Origin: a virus
Lineage: Duplodnaviria; Heunggongvirae; Uroviricota; Caudoviricetes
DNA length: 37,193 nucleotides
Virus record (IMG/VR): IMGVR_UViG_2534681832_000017
Span: 1-37,193 of that record
Direction: 5' to 3' (one strand)
Part shown: positions 29,168-37,193 of the stretch, piece after piece
Layout: every line of letters begins with the position of its first letter
Position numbering within the stretch: position 1 is the stretch's first letter
Notes under the pieces: model-generated
Seen by the model: only the letters and a program-made list of their open reading frames with translations
What the model was told of the DNA's origin: nothing
Databases searched by the model: none
Program-made: the position numbers and the translations under genes

Positions 29168-29383
29168 TTAGCCTCTATTATCGTTTTGCATTTCTCTAAT
29201 CCGGTTCAGAACTACTTCATGCTGGGCTTGGATAGCAGCTTTTTCGTTTTCAAGTCGGGCAATAGACATCTCTAATTCTTTGCTGTACCAGGCGAGTTGG
29301 GCCAGGTTCATCCGGTTGTGGTCGAGAGTTGGAGACACTTCGACGCGATCCCTTTCTTCCTGCTTTAATGAGAAGAGATTCAT
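29168..29383 (-). CDS. hypothetical small coiled-coil protein
   Basis: ORF track. Confidence 0.45.
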   Translation of the reverse strand: MNLFSLKQEERDRVEVSPTLDHNRMNLAQLAWYSKELEMSIARLENEKAAIQAQHEVVLNRIREMQNDNRG

Positions 29384-29413
29384 CTCATCCCTTGAGGAAA
29401 ATTCAGCAACAAT

Positions 29414-29749
29414 TTATTGTTGATGATCCGGTCGCTGCGGCATCCTCGCCAGTATAAATGGCGGTTCTTTTGAAAACATGAATGTCGGTTCAGACCGTGT
29501 TTTTACCCAGCTTGCCTGCTGTCTTTCGGCAAGTTCACAGGCTTCATCATAGTTATTTGCCAAACCAAGCACGGATGGACGGTCCCACGCGCCACCATTC
29601 AGACAATAAACAACAATTTTCCCGTCAGGTTGTGTAACCCCATAGGGATGGTCCCACCAGACGTCCAGCTGAGCTTTAGAGCGTTTCTCGTTAGGAGTGC
29701 AGTCAAAATTTTTGGGCAATACAGGATCGAGAGGAATGCGGGCAGGCAT
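29414..29749 (-). CDS. hypothetical protein, divergent from humD and sharing its SOS-box region
   Basis: ORF track; 111 aa. Confidence 0.5.
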   Translation of the reverse strand: MPARIPLDPVLPKNFDCTPNEKRSKAQLDVWWDHPYGVTQPDGKIVVYCLNGGAWDRPSVLGLANNYDEACELAERQQASWVKTRSEPTFMFSKEPPFILARMPQRPDHQQ

Positions 29750-29884
29750 AGCTAATTCCTTATTAACTGATTGGCAACGAGGTTACGCTGATCCGTTGGT
29801 GATGAATAGTAGCAAAGCGCACAAAATCATCAGCGGTGGTTGATGTACGTAACGCGTTTGCACCAAAGGTGTCTCTTTAATGTA

Positions 29885-29904
29885 TACTGTATAAATGAAC
29901 AGTA
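29885..29904. promoter_or_regulatory. LexA (SOS) box
   Basis: TACTGTATAAATGAACAGTA fits CTGT-N8-ACAG; lies 20 nt upstream of humD start in the divergent region. Confidence 0.7.
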
Positions 29905-29923
29905 TTGTTGAGGTGAAAACGCT

Positions 29924-30313
29924 ATGGGCTTCCCTTCTCCTGCGGCGGATTATGTTGAAAGCCGAATTTCTCTTGATCAGCAACTAATCAGGCATCCATC
30001 AGCGACCTACTTCATGCGGGCGGCAGACAGCCATCACCGTGAGGGAATATTGCAGGGTGCTTTGCTGGTGGTTGATTCCTCGCTTACTCCGGTTGATGGT
30101 TCGCTGCTTGTCTGCGCTATGGAGGGTGAATATCGCATAAAGAGATACCGAAAGTATCCGCGCCAGCACCTGGAGGATTTAAGCACCGGGAAGAAAGAGG
30201 CGTTACCAGTAGATGACGATGGTTACACGGGTAGTAATGCTGTTTTTGGTGTGATCACTCATGTCATCAATGATGCCCGAAGTGGGGAATTTGATGATTG
30301 TCCGGTGATTTAA
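29924..30313 (+). CDS. humD: UmuD'-like protein (pre-processed UmuD homologue; S24 peptidase fold)
   Basis: Begins MGFPSPAADYVE.RI.L.Q.LI.HPSATYF, i.e. at the residue after the UmuD Cys24-Gly25 cleavage site; Ser and Lys of the catalytic dyad region present. Confidence 0.8.
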   Translation: MGFPSPAADYVESRISLDQQLIRHPSATYFMRAADSHHREGILQGALLVVDSSLTPVDGSLLVCAMEGEYRIKRYRKYPRQHLEDLSTGKKEALPVDDDGYTGSNAVFGVITHVINDARSGEFDDCPVI

Positions 30314-30385
30314 GCTGCAAAGTGCTGGTGCTTTATGCCTGTGAAGTTTATAATTGTGTACACATAACGAGTACACGAGGTGTTT

Positions 30386-30607
30386 ATGCAATCCATTAAC
30401 TTCCGTACCGCGCGTGGCAACCTTTCTGAAGTGCTCAACAATGTTGAAGCCGGGGAAGAGGTTGAAATCACCCGCAGAGGCCGTGAGCCAGCAGTAATTG
30501 TCAGCAAGGCTACTTTCGAAGCCTACAAAAAAGCGGCGCTGGATGCTGAATTTGCATCCCTGTTTGACACCCTGGACTCCACCAACAAGGAACTGGTTAA
30601 CCGATAA
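30386..30607 (+). CDS. phd: Phd antitoxin
   Basis: 73 aa [39 protein letters not shown]... matches P1 Phd as I recall it; SD GAGGTG; ATGA-type coupling to doc. Confidence 0.9.
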   Translation: MQSINFRTARGNLSEVLNNVEAGEEVEITRRGREPAVIVSKATFEAYKKAALDAEFASLFDTLDSTNKELVNR

Positions 30608-30987
30608 TGAGGCATATATCACCGGAAGAACTTATTGCGCTTCATGATGCGAATATAAACCGCTACGGCGGCCTGCCGGGAATGTCAGATCCGGGTAGGG
30701 CAGAGGCCATTATCGGGAGAGTTCAGGCCAGAGTTGCCTACGAAGAGATCACCGACCTTTTCGAAGTCTCCGCCACCTACCTGGTGGCTACGGCGAGAGG
30801 GCATATATTCAATGATGCCAATAAGCGTACCGCGCTAAACAGTGCGCTGCTATTCCTACGCCGTAACGGGGTGCAGGTATTTGACTCACCTGAACTGGTA
30901 GACCTTACCGTAGGGGCTGCGACCGGAGAGATATCTGTATCTTCTGTCGCCGACACGTTACGTAGATTGTATGGTTCCGCGGAGTAG
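30607..30987 (+). CDS. doc: Doc toxin (Fic-fold kinase)
   Basis: 126 aa; [11 protein letters not shown] Fic-like motif; immediately follows phd. Confidence 0.9.
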   Translation: MRHISPEELIALHDANINRYGGLPGMSDPGRAEAIIGRVQARVAYEEITDLFEVSATYLVATARGHIFNDANKRTALNSALLFLRRNGVQVFDSPELVDLTVGAATGEISVSSVADTLRRLYGSAE

Positions 30988-30991
30988 ATTA

Positions 30992-31171
30992 ATGGCACGT
31001 AAATACAACAAATTGTCCCGTGAAGCGTTAAAGATGCTTCTTGATGGCGTGAGTCGCCGCAAGGTAAAGCAATACCTGGTTGGTAAGCAAATTGGAGCCA
31101 GGACTGCTATTGCTGTGTTATGCCGTCAGGAAATGGTTGTGCTTAAACAGAGAATGCCGGGCAGCAGATAA
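30992..31171 (+). CDS. hypothetical small basic protein (post-doc position)
   Basis: Internal ATG with GGAG SD directly after doc stop. Confidence 0.45.
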   Translation: MARKYNKLSREALKMLLDGVSRRKVKQYLVGKQIGARTAIAVLCRQEMVVLKQRMPGSR

Positions 31172-31198
31172 AGCCCAATCAGTGATGAAAGGTGTGAT

Positions 31199-32242
31199 GT
31201 GAAAGCCGTAATTACTCCCTTTGTACAAAAAGAGCTTGGCGTCGCCACATTCAAAGTGGATCAGGAAGTCAGAAAGCTGGTGGAGGCTGGCCGTAAATTT
31301 ATTATGGAGCCGGTGCCGCGTGAGTTAATCGAGCACATGGACGACGGCCTCGTTGTTTCCGAGCAAACTATGGCAACAAATGAGGCGTTGCAGCCGTTTT
31401 TTAACAGCGATGAACTGTTTCGCCGTATTGGTGGAATTGACGCGCTGGTGGCGTGGTTGCGCAGGAAAGAGGGGCAATGCCAGGCCGCAGATCGTAGCTG
31501 GTGTGACAACCATATTGTCCACGCAGAACGAGACAATAGCGCGGTGTTGTTGTGCTGGCATCACGATAACCATTACAGGATGCGTGGTTTTAATGAGCTG
31601 AAAGAAACGCTGCATAATAATCGCGTTAACTGGATACTGGATGTCGCCCGTCAGGAAATGGGGCTTTCAGATGGCCATGATTTAAGTATTCAGGAACTGT
31701 GCTGGTGGGCTTTCATGCGCGACATGATGCACCTTATGCCGGAAGAAGTCTGCCGTATATCAATAAATAAGATTAAGGCAGCAACGCAGGATAGCGGACC
31801 TCTGAAAGAGGCGGATATTCGCCCGTATGACGATCGCGCTACAGCATATGTTCAGATGATGGAAGAACGCGCCGCGCCGATGCGTGCAAAAGTATGCCCT
31901 GTGGATGTTGACTCCGACCCTGGCATGGCGCATTTCAAAATACCAAAACTGCAATCGCTAAAATTACCTGAGTACATGGACTTTGTTGCTTCCCGTCCAT
32001 GCTGTGGGTGTGGAGCTGCGGGAGCTGGCGCTCACATTACGCCTTATATCGTTCGTCATAGTCGATTATGCGCGCATGACATTTACGCAATTCCTCTGTG
32101 CCAGTCATGCCAGCGTGATATTGAGCGTGACCGCGATAATTGGGAGAAGACGCACGGTAGGCTGGCGATGCATCAACGATTGTTCTTTGATTACGCGCTT
32201 GGAGTCGGCGCTATCACAAGTCACTCGTCGAGTGTTAGATAA
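31199..32242 (+). CDS. hypothetical protein with Cys-rich C-terminal region
   Basis: ORF track (GTG start, SD AAAGGTG); C-terminal CCGCG...CAHD...CQSCQ cluster. Confidence 0.6.
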   Translation: MKAVITPFVQKELGVATFKVDQEVRKLVEAGRKFIMEPVPRELIEHMDDGLVVSEQTMATNEALQPFFNSDELFRRIGGIDALVAWLRRKEGQCQAADRSWCDNHIVHAERDNSAVLLCWHHDNHYRMRGFNELKETLHNNRVNWILDVARQEMGLSDGHDLSIQELCWWAFMRDMMHLMPEEVCRISINKIKAATQDSGPLKEADIRPYDDRATAYVQMMEERAAPMRAKVCPVDVDSDPGMAHFKIPKLQSLKLPEYMDFVASRPCCGCGAAGAGAHITPYIVRHSRLCAHDIYAIPLCQSCQRDIERDRDNWEKTHGRLAMHQRLFFDYALGVGAITSHSSSVR

Positions 32243-32243
32243 A

Positions 32244-32260
32244 ATTGCTCTAATGTGTTG
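32244..32260 (+). promoter_or_regulatory. C1-type operator, partial (12/17), upstream of lpa-like gene
   Basis: ATTGCTCTAATGTGTTG; left 11 nt match consensus. Confidence 0.4.
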
Positions 32261-32330
32261 CTATTTCTTTAATCGAGGGTATTATATTCCACGTTGATTA
32301 GTTGACATGGGCTAATCAGTAGGTGACAGG

Positions 32331-32783
32331 ATGTTACTTAACTGGCAGGGACGCCACTTCATGGAAATAAATCACTCACGAATAACATCGTACGAGATTG
32401 CGGATTACATGATCCGCACTAAATCTCTTCTATCAGCGAAAGAACTCGCAGCAATTCTTGAAAAGGAATACCCGCATCTGGATGTCGATAAGCGCGATGT
32501 TTATCTGCGCTTAAAGGCTATCGCTGTGTCTAAGTATTCGTCTGTTTTGATTGATGACAGTACACGCCCACGTAGATTTCAGATCCACTCTCTGAATCCT
32601 GAATTCTTTCGCCGTAGCCGCGCTCCGCGCCGGTTTGATGAAAAACTCCAGAACGAACTCTATATGACGCAGGACGAAAAGGAACGCCGGGAGCACCAGC
32701 CTTGGGTAATGGCGCGTCAACTTTTCAATAAGGTGGCCCGTCAGCACCGTCATTACGGTAATGCCACATCCGCACGTATCTGA
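32331..32783 (+). CDS. lpa: probable late-promoter activator
   Basis: ORF track; 150 aa; assignment from size, position before pacA and upstream operator-like site as recalled for P1, not from a recognised motif. Confidence 0.45.
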   Translation: MLLNWQGRHFMEINHSRITSYEIADYMIRTKSLLSAKELAAILEKEYPHLDVDKRDVYLRLKAIAVSKYSSVLIDDSTRPRRFQIHSLNPEFFRRSRAPRRFDEKLQNELYMTQDEKERREHQPWVMARQLFNKVARQHRHYGNATSARI

Positions 32784-32793
32784 TTGATTGCTT

Positions 32794-32811
32794 GCCCGTT
32801 CCGGGCCTTTT
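32794..32811 (+). terminator. rho-independent terminator
   Basis: GCCCG-TTC-CGGGC followed by CTTTTG. Confidence 0.5.
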
Positions 32812-32868
32812 GACATGTGACTTTCGTTACCCTCGCGTCAAAAAGAGTTTTTACGAAAGGAAGCATAA

Positions 32869-34062
32869 GTGACCTGGGACGATCACAAGAAGAATTTTGC
32901 TCGCCTGGCGCGAGATGGTGGTTACACCATCGCACAGTATGCCGCCGAGTTTAATCTTAACCCTAATACTGCACGTCGTTATCTCCGTGCCTTCAAAGAA
33001 GACACCAGGACAGCGGACAGCCGCAAGCCAAATAAGCCAGTCAGGAAGCCACTAAAAAGCATGATCATTGATCACTCTAATGATCAACATGCAGGTGATC
33101 ACATTGCGGCTGAAATAGCGGAAAAACAAAGGGTTAATGCCGTTGTCAGTGCCGCAGTCGAGAATGCGAAGCGCCAAAATAAGCGCATAAATGATCGTTC
33201 AGATGATCATGACGTGATCACCCGCGCCCACCGGACCTTACGTGATCGCCTGGAACGCGACACCCTGGATGATGATGGTGAACGCTTTGAATTCGAAGCG
33301 GGCGATTACCTGATAGATAACGTTGAAGCGCGGAAGGCCGCGCGCGCTATGTTGCGTCGTTCCGGAGCTGATGTTCTGGAAACCACTCTTCTGGAAAAGT
33401 CTCTTTCTCATCTCCTTATGCTGGAGAACGCCCGGGATACGTGTATTCGCTTGGTGCAGGAAATGCGCGATCAGCAAAAAGACGATGATGAAGGTACTCC
33501 GCCTGAATACCGTATCGCGAGCATGCTAAACAGCTGTTCCGCGCAGATAAGCAGCCTGATCAACACCATTTACAGCATCCGCAATAACTATCGAAAAGAA
33601 AGCCGGGAGGCGGAAAAGCACGCTTTATCTATGGGGCAAGCTGGCATTGTTAAGCTGGCATACGAACGAAAGCGTGAAAATAACTGGTCAGTGCTGGAAG
33701 CGGCTGAATTCATCGAGGCGCATGGAGGGAAAGTGCCGCCCCTGATGCTGGAGCAAATCAAAGCCGATCTGCGTGCTCCTAAGACAAATGCCGATGATGA
33801 GGAAAGGCAAACTGCCGTCGGTGGCCCTTCTCTTGAAGATCTGGACAAAGTTGCGCGAGAACGGGCCGCCAACCGCCGCGCCGATGCTGCATTGTGGATT
33901 GAGCAACGTAGGGAAGAAATCGCCGATATCGTTGATACAGGCGGTTATGGAGATGTTGATACTGAAGGTGTATCAAACGACCCATGGCTGGAACAAGACC
34001 TGGACGAAGACGAGGAGGAAGACGAAGAAGTTACCCGCAAGCTATACGGGGATGATGATTAA
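32869..34062 (+). CDS. pacA: terminase small (pac-recognition) subunit
   Basis: ORF track (GTG start, SD GAAAGGAAG); contains the hexamer-repeat pac site; acidic C-terminus. Confidence 0.8.
   Translation: MTWDDHKKNFARLARDGGYTIAQYAAEFNLNPNTARRYLRAFKEDTRTADSRKPNKPVRKPLKSMIIDHSNDQHAGDHIAAEIAEKQRVNAVVSAAVENAKRQNKRINDRSDDHDVITRAHRTLRDRLERDTLDDDGERFEFEAGDYLIDNVEARKAARAMLRRSGADVLETTLLEKSLSHLLMLENARDTCIRLVQEMRDQQKDDDEGTPPEYRIASMLNSCSAQISSLINTIYSIRNNYRKESREAEKHALSMGQAGIVKLAYERKRENNWSVLEAAEFIEAHGGKVPPLMLEQIKADLRAPKTNADDEERQTAVGGPSLEDLDKVARERAANRRADAALWIEQRREEIADIVDTGGYGDVDTEGVSNDPWLEQDLDEDEEEDEEVTRKLYGDDD
33062..33220. other. pac packaging site: 4 + 3 TGATCR hexamers, each containing a Dam GATC
   Basis: TGATCA at 33062, 33069, 33081, 33096; TGATCG at 33192; TGATCA at 33204, 33215; about 90-bp spacer between clusters. 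Confidence 0.75.
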
Positions 34063-35546
34063 TGGCCAGAAGTTGCGTAACGGATCCACGTTGGCGCGAG
34101 CTGGTGGCGCTATATCGTTATGACTGGATTGCTGCCGCTGATGTTTTGTTCGGCAAAACACCTACCTGGCAGCAGGATCTGATTATTGAGTCTGTGCAGG
34201 AACAGGGTAGCAAGACATCTGTTTCGTCTGGTCACGGTACCGGGAAATCAGACATGACTTCTATCATGATCATGTTGTTCATAATCATGTATCCCGGTGC
34301 CCGCGCCATTATCGTTGCGAACAAAATTCAGCAGGTAATGACCGGTATATTCAAGTACATCAAGATAAACTGGGCTACTGCCACCAGCCGTTTTCCATGG
34401 CTTGCTGATTATTTTGTTCTGACAGAAACCGCTTTCTATGAGGTTACTGGTAAAGGTGTATGGACTGTAGTACCGAAGGGCTTTCGTCTGGGAAGTGAAG
34501 AAGCTCTCGCCGGTGAACACGCAGATCATCTTCTGTATATTATCGATGAAGCCTCCGGTGTCAGTGATAGAGCTTTCGGTATCATCACCGGTGCTCTTAC
34601 CGGACAGGATAACCGCATCTTATTACTGTCACAGCCTACACGCCCAAGCGGCTATTTCTACGATACTCACCATAAACTGGCCAAGCGTCCTGGTAACCCT
34701 GATGGCGTTTATACGGCGATCACGCTTAACAGTGAGGAATCACCGCTGGTAACGCCAGCATTTATCAAAATGAAGCTGGCGGAGTACGGCGGGCGTGATA
34801 ACCCTATGTACATGATTAAGGTACGCGGACTATTCCCTAAATCACAGGATGGCTTCCTTCTTGGACGTGATGAGGTTGAACGTGCGACGCGGCGGAAAGT
34901 CAAGATTGCCAAAGGATGGGGCTGGCTTGCATGTGTGGACGTTGCTGGTGGTACGGGACGGGATAAGTCCGTTATCAATATCATGATGGTGTCCGGCCAG
35001 AGAAATAAACGCCGTGTAATCAACTATCGAATGCTGGAATACACAGACGTTACAGAAACGCAGCTTGCCGCCAAAATTTTCGCAGAATGTAATCCTGAGC
35101 GATTCCCAAATATCACCATAGCTATTGATGGCGATGGCTTGGGGAAATCGACGGCTGATCTGATGTACGAACGCTATGGTATTACCGTCCAGCGTATCCG
35201 CTGGGGTAAAAAGATGCACAGCCGTGAAGATAAAAGCCTTTATTTCGATATGCGCGCTTTCGCGAATATTCAGGCGGCAGAAGCTGTAAAATCAGGTCGT
35301 ATGAGGCTGGATAAGGGGGCTGCGACTATAGAGGAAGCATCAAAGATACCGGTAGGGATAAATTCCGCAGGTCAATGGAAGGTGATGTCAAAGGAAGATA
35401 TGAAGAAAAAACTCAACCTGCACTCACCGGACCATTGGGATACATATTGTTTCGCTATGTTGGCGAACTATGTTCCCCAAGATGAAGTGCTTAGCGTCGA
35501 AGACGAAGCGCAGGTTGATGAAGCTCTGGCATGGCTTAATGAATGA
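34062..35546 (+). CDS. pacB: terminase large subunit
   Basis: ORF track; 494 aa; ATGA-type coupling to pacA; ATPase-like N-terminal region and DxD-containing C-terminal region. Confidence 0.75.
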   Translation: MARSCVTDPRWRELVALYRYDWIAAADVLFGKTPTWQQDLIIESVQEQGSKTSVSSGHGTGKSDMTSIMIMLFIIMYPGARAIIVANKIQQVMTGIFKYIKINWATATSRFPWLADYFVLTETAFYEVTGKGVWTVVPKGFRLGSEEALAGEHADHLLYIIDEASGVSDRAFGIITGALTGQDNRILLLSQPTRPSGYFYDTHHKLAKRPGNPDGVYTAITLNSEESPLVTPAFIKMKLAEYGGRDNPMYMIKVRGLFPKSQDGFLLGRDEVERATRRKVKIAKGWGWLACVDVAGGTGRDKSVINIMMVSGQRNKRRVINYRMLEYTDVTETQLAAKIFAECNPERFPNITIAIDGDGLGKSTADLMYERYGITVQRIRWGKKMHSREDKSLYFDMRAFANIQAAEAVKSGRMRLDKGAATIEEASKIPVGINSAGQWKVMSKEDMKKKLNLHSPDHWDTYCFAMLANYVPQDEVLSVEDEAQVDEALAWLNE

Positions 35547-35549
35547 ATA

Positions 35550-35566
35550 TTTGCTCTAATAAATTG
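35550..35566 (+). promoter_or_regulatory. C1-type operator (15/17) upstream of c4 module 3
   Basis: TTTGCTCTAATAAATTG directly after pacB stop. Confidence 0.5.
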
Positions 35567-35748
35567 TGTTTTTTAACTACCGATGTTACATTGAGCCTGA
35601 CCTCTTGCGCCTTGAGGCATTTTCGGTTTATGCTTATCAGGCACCTCATTAAAACGGGTGCCGGGATTGGCCTCCCGCTTAAGTCTAAGGCGATACAGAC
35701 GCCGCTCGCGTCTTTTTTTGTATCGGCGTACACGCACACCTCTACAAT

Positions 35749-35824
35749 GGTGGGCTGTATGGGGCTACCTTCGGGTAGGCTGGTTACCTTGGACGCCAGT
35801 AAGGCCAACTCCGTACAGTCCACC
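35749..35824 (+). ncRNA. c4-type antisense RNA, module 3 (divergent specificity)
   Basis: Same scaffold as c4 module 1 (GGTGGG...TTCG stem-loop...GCCAGT...GTCCACC) with compensated stem CTACC/GGTAG; b-prime CCTTGGA (35787-35793), a-prime AGGCCAA (35802-35808). Confidence 0.5.
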
Positions 35825-35884
35825 GCCAGCAAGATTGGTCTCTTCTGCGGTGGTTACATACCAACGTCTAAGGAGGCTGCCAAT

Positions 35885-36019
35885 ATGGCTACTATCCCTA
35901 CCCCAACTCATCCTGAATTTATCTGGCGCTTTTACTCCTGCCAAAAACGTCACTATCACTTCGTTATTGCACCAACAGAAGATGAGGCTCGCTCTTCAAG
36001 CGTACCCTGCACGTTTTGA
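35885..36019 (+). pseudogene. truncated icd homologue (44 codons)
   Basis: MATIPTPTHPEFIWRFYSCQKRHYHFVIAPTEDEARS then diverges and stops; SD AGGAGG overlapped by the module-3 b2 target. Confidence 0.5.
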
Positions 36020-36453
36020 TGGCGCATTCCTGGGGCATTTCTGATTGAGTCAATGCCATTTCTTCCAACATCTTCTTTATTAACGGCATTGCTAGCCACC
36101 AGCACCCCCCAGCTAGGGATAGCAAAATCAGGAGCGGTTTCGCATGCCTTTACCATATAATCGAAAGTGCTTCGATTGATCTCGTTTGCGTCGGGATTTA
36201 ATAGGCGAGAATATTGATATTTAGCATTTTCGTTGGTTGCGACTTTATATAGTTCTTGCTGCACCATCGCTTCAGAAAGTTTAAGACGTTTCATATCTGA
36301 CAGTAACTTCTTGCGCATGGATTCGTCTTGACTGACAGCAAAGCCGTAAACGTGCCCAAGGTATTTCGTATAATCGGTACAAATCTCCTTTACGCTTGAT
36401 GCTGCATTAACAGCCCCAGCTATAAATAATAACGGTAGTAATAGTTTTCTCAT
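35956..36453 (-). CDS. secreted/periplasmic hypothetical protein (signal peptide)
   Basis: Start at internal ATG with SD AGGTGAGG; MRKLLLPLLFIAGAVNAASS signal peptide with AxA site; 3-prime end overlaps truncated icd. Confidence 0.55.
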   Translation of the reverse strand: MRKLLLPLLFIAGAVNAASSVKEICTDYTKYLGHVYGFAVSQDESMRKKLLSDMKRLKLSEAMVQQELYKVATNENAKYQYSRLLNPDANEINRSTFDYMVKACETAPDFAIPSWGVLVASNAVNKEDVGRNGIDSIRNAPGMRHQNVQGTLEERASSSVGAITK

Positions 36454-36549
36454 TATAACCTCACCTGCCTTATAACTCATTTAGGGTACATATTTTCGCC
36501 TTTAAAAAAAAGAGGTTATTAGATCCAATTGTGTATTTATTAAGCACAC

Positions 36550-36566
36550 AATGCTCTAATAAATTT
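36550..36566 (+). promoter_or_regulatory. C1-type operator (16/17) upstream of c4 module 2
   Basis: AATGCTCTAATAAATTT; partial inverted copy just upstream. Confidence 0.55.
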
Positions 36567-36753
36567 GTATTTTTAAGTCGCGAATGCTATCTTTTCGCAT
36601 CATATTGACCTTTTAATCGTTCAGGCTTATAGTTCCGCCGTCGTAGCAAATTCTGCGACCGGGTTTAGCAGCCTGAATGTTAGTGCGGACAACCGCAGAT
36701 ATCCGATATTGCGGTATTTTTGTGTCCGTAAAACCGCGTTACGCCCAAATTAT

Positions 36754-36830
36754 GGTGGGGCGTGATGGGGAGGCTTCGGCCTGCTGGTTTCACTAACGCC
36801 AGTCTGCTAACCCCGTCACGTCCTGCCACC
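36754..36830 (+). ncRNA. c4: c4-type antisense repressor RNA, module 2 (altered specificity)
   Basis: 77 nt, identical scaffold to module 1 except b-prime CACTAAC (36791-36797) and a-prime CTGCTAA (36804-36810), matched by targets TTAGCAG / GTTAGTG upstream and in the icd leader. Confidence 0.65.
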
Positions 36831-36880
36831 TGTTTAGCAGCGGGTAGCAGGTTGTTAAACCTGTTAGTGAGGCCGTAACT

Positions 36881-37102
36881 ATGGTTAATGCCAATCCTTG
36901 CGCACGCCAAGAATTCATCTGGCGTTTCTATTCCTGTAAAAAACACCACTATCACTTCGTTATCGCAGCAACTGAAGACGAAGCACGCTCTCAATTGCCT
37001 GATGGCCCCTGCATTTTTACTGCCCGTTTTTCAACTAACTCGCGCAATTCACTTAGTTACTGGAGCCTCCCCTTCTCTGCCGACGTTCAGGGGGTTTTAT
37101 GA
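36881..37102 (+). CDS. icd: Icd-like small protein, module 2
   Basis: ORF track; 73 aa; paralogue of 9413-9634; ATGA coupling to downstream ant-like start. Confidence 0.65.
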   Translation: MVNANPCARQEFIWRFYSCKKHHYHFVIAATEDEARSQLPDGPCIFTARFSTNSRNSLSYWSLPFSADVQGVL

Positions 37103-37193
37103 AAAAACCTCTCGTCACCCGTAATGACATAGCCGAAGCGATCGCCCTGCATACTGCCTGTATGCCGACACGGGAGATCCCCGGCGCAATTGC
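37099..37193 (+). CDS. ant: antirepressor, module 2, N-terminal 31 codons only (runs off right edge)
   Basis: MKKPLVTRNDIAEAIALHTACMPTREIPGAIA parallels module-1 Ant N-terminus MRTSLVTREEMIEAIEQHTACISTRDIPGVIA. Confidence 0.6.
   Translation, partial: MKKPLVTRNDIAEAIALHTACMPTREIPGAI

Overview
This 37.2-kb window reads as a segment of a P1-like temperate phage or plasmid-prophage of Enterobacteriaceae. The identification rests on hallmarks I recognise from the sequence itself and recalled P1 biology, not on any database search: an exact Phd/Doc toxin-antitoxin pair, a pacA gene carrying 4+3 TGATCR hexamers (P1-type pac site), c4 antisense RNA - icd - ant immunity modules, a DnaB-like helicase (ban), a UmuD'-like humD behind an SOS box, a lambda-type Ser/Thr phosphatase, and many copies of the 17-bp C1 operator consensus ATTGCTCTAATAAATTT. 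Layout: a truncated RdgC-like gene; a fused C5-cytosine/Dam-type methyltransferase (dmt); a phage tRNA cluster (Asn, a Tyr-like tRNA, Thr, then Ile2); a TerB-like gene with two tiny membrane ORFs; ban plus a glycosyltransferase-like gene; immunity module 1; a leftward block of six probable virion genes; a long rightward block of small accessory genes; humD-phd-doc; a probable lpa; pacA-pacB; then two further c4-type modules. The most unusual feature is a 341-codon intein with a LAGLIDADG homing-endonuclease domain inserted exactly at the catalytic Cys of the dmt PCQ motif. Other features worth a second look are three c4 modules with three mutually exclusive, internally compensated antisense specificities, a family of three covarying extended hairpins next to the tRNA genes, an extra non-canonical Tyr-like tRNA, and a tandem-duplicated glycosyltransferase-like gene whose second copy is frameshifted. 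Coordinates of RNA and site features are hand-derived and may be off by 1-2 nt; protein functions are inferred from motifs I could see, without similarity searches.
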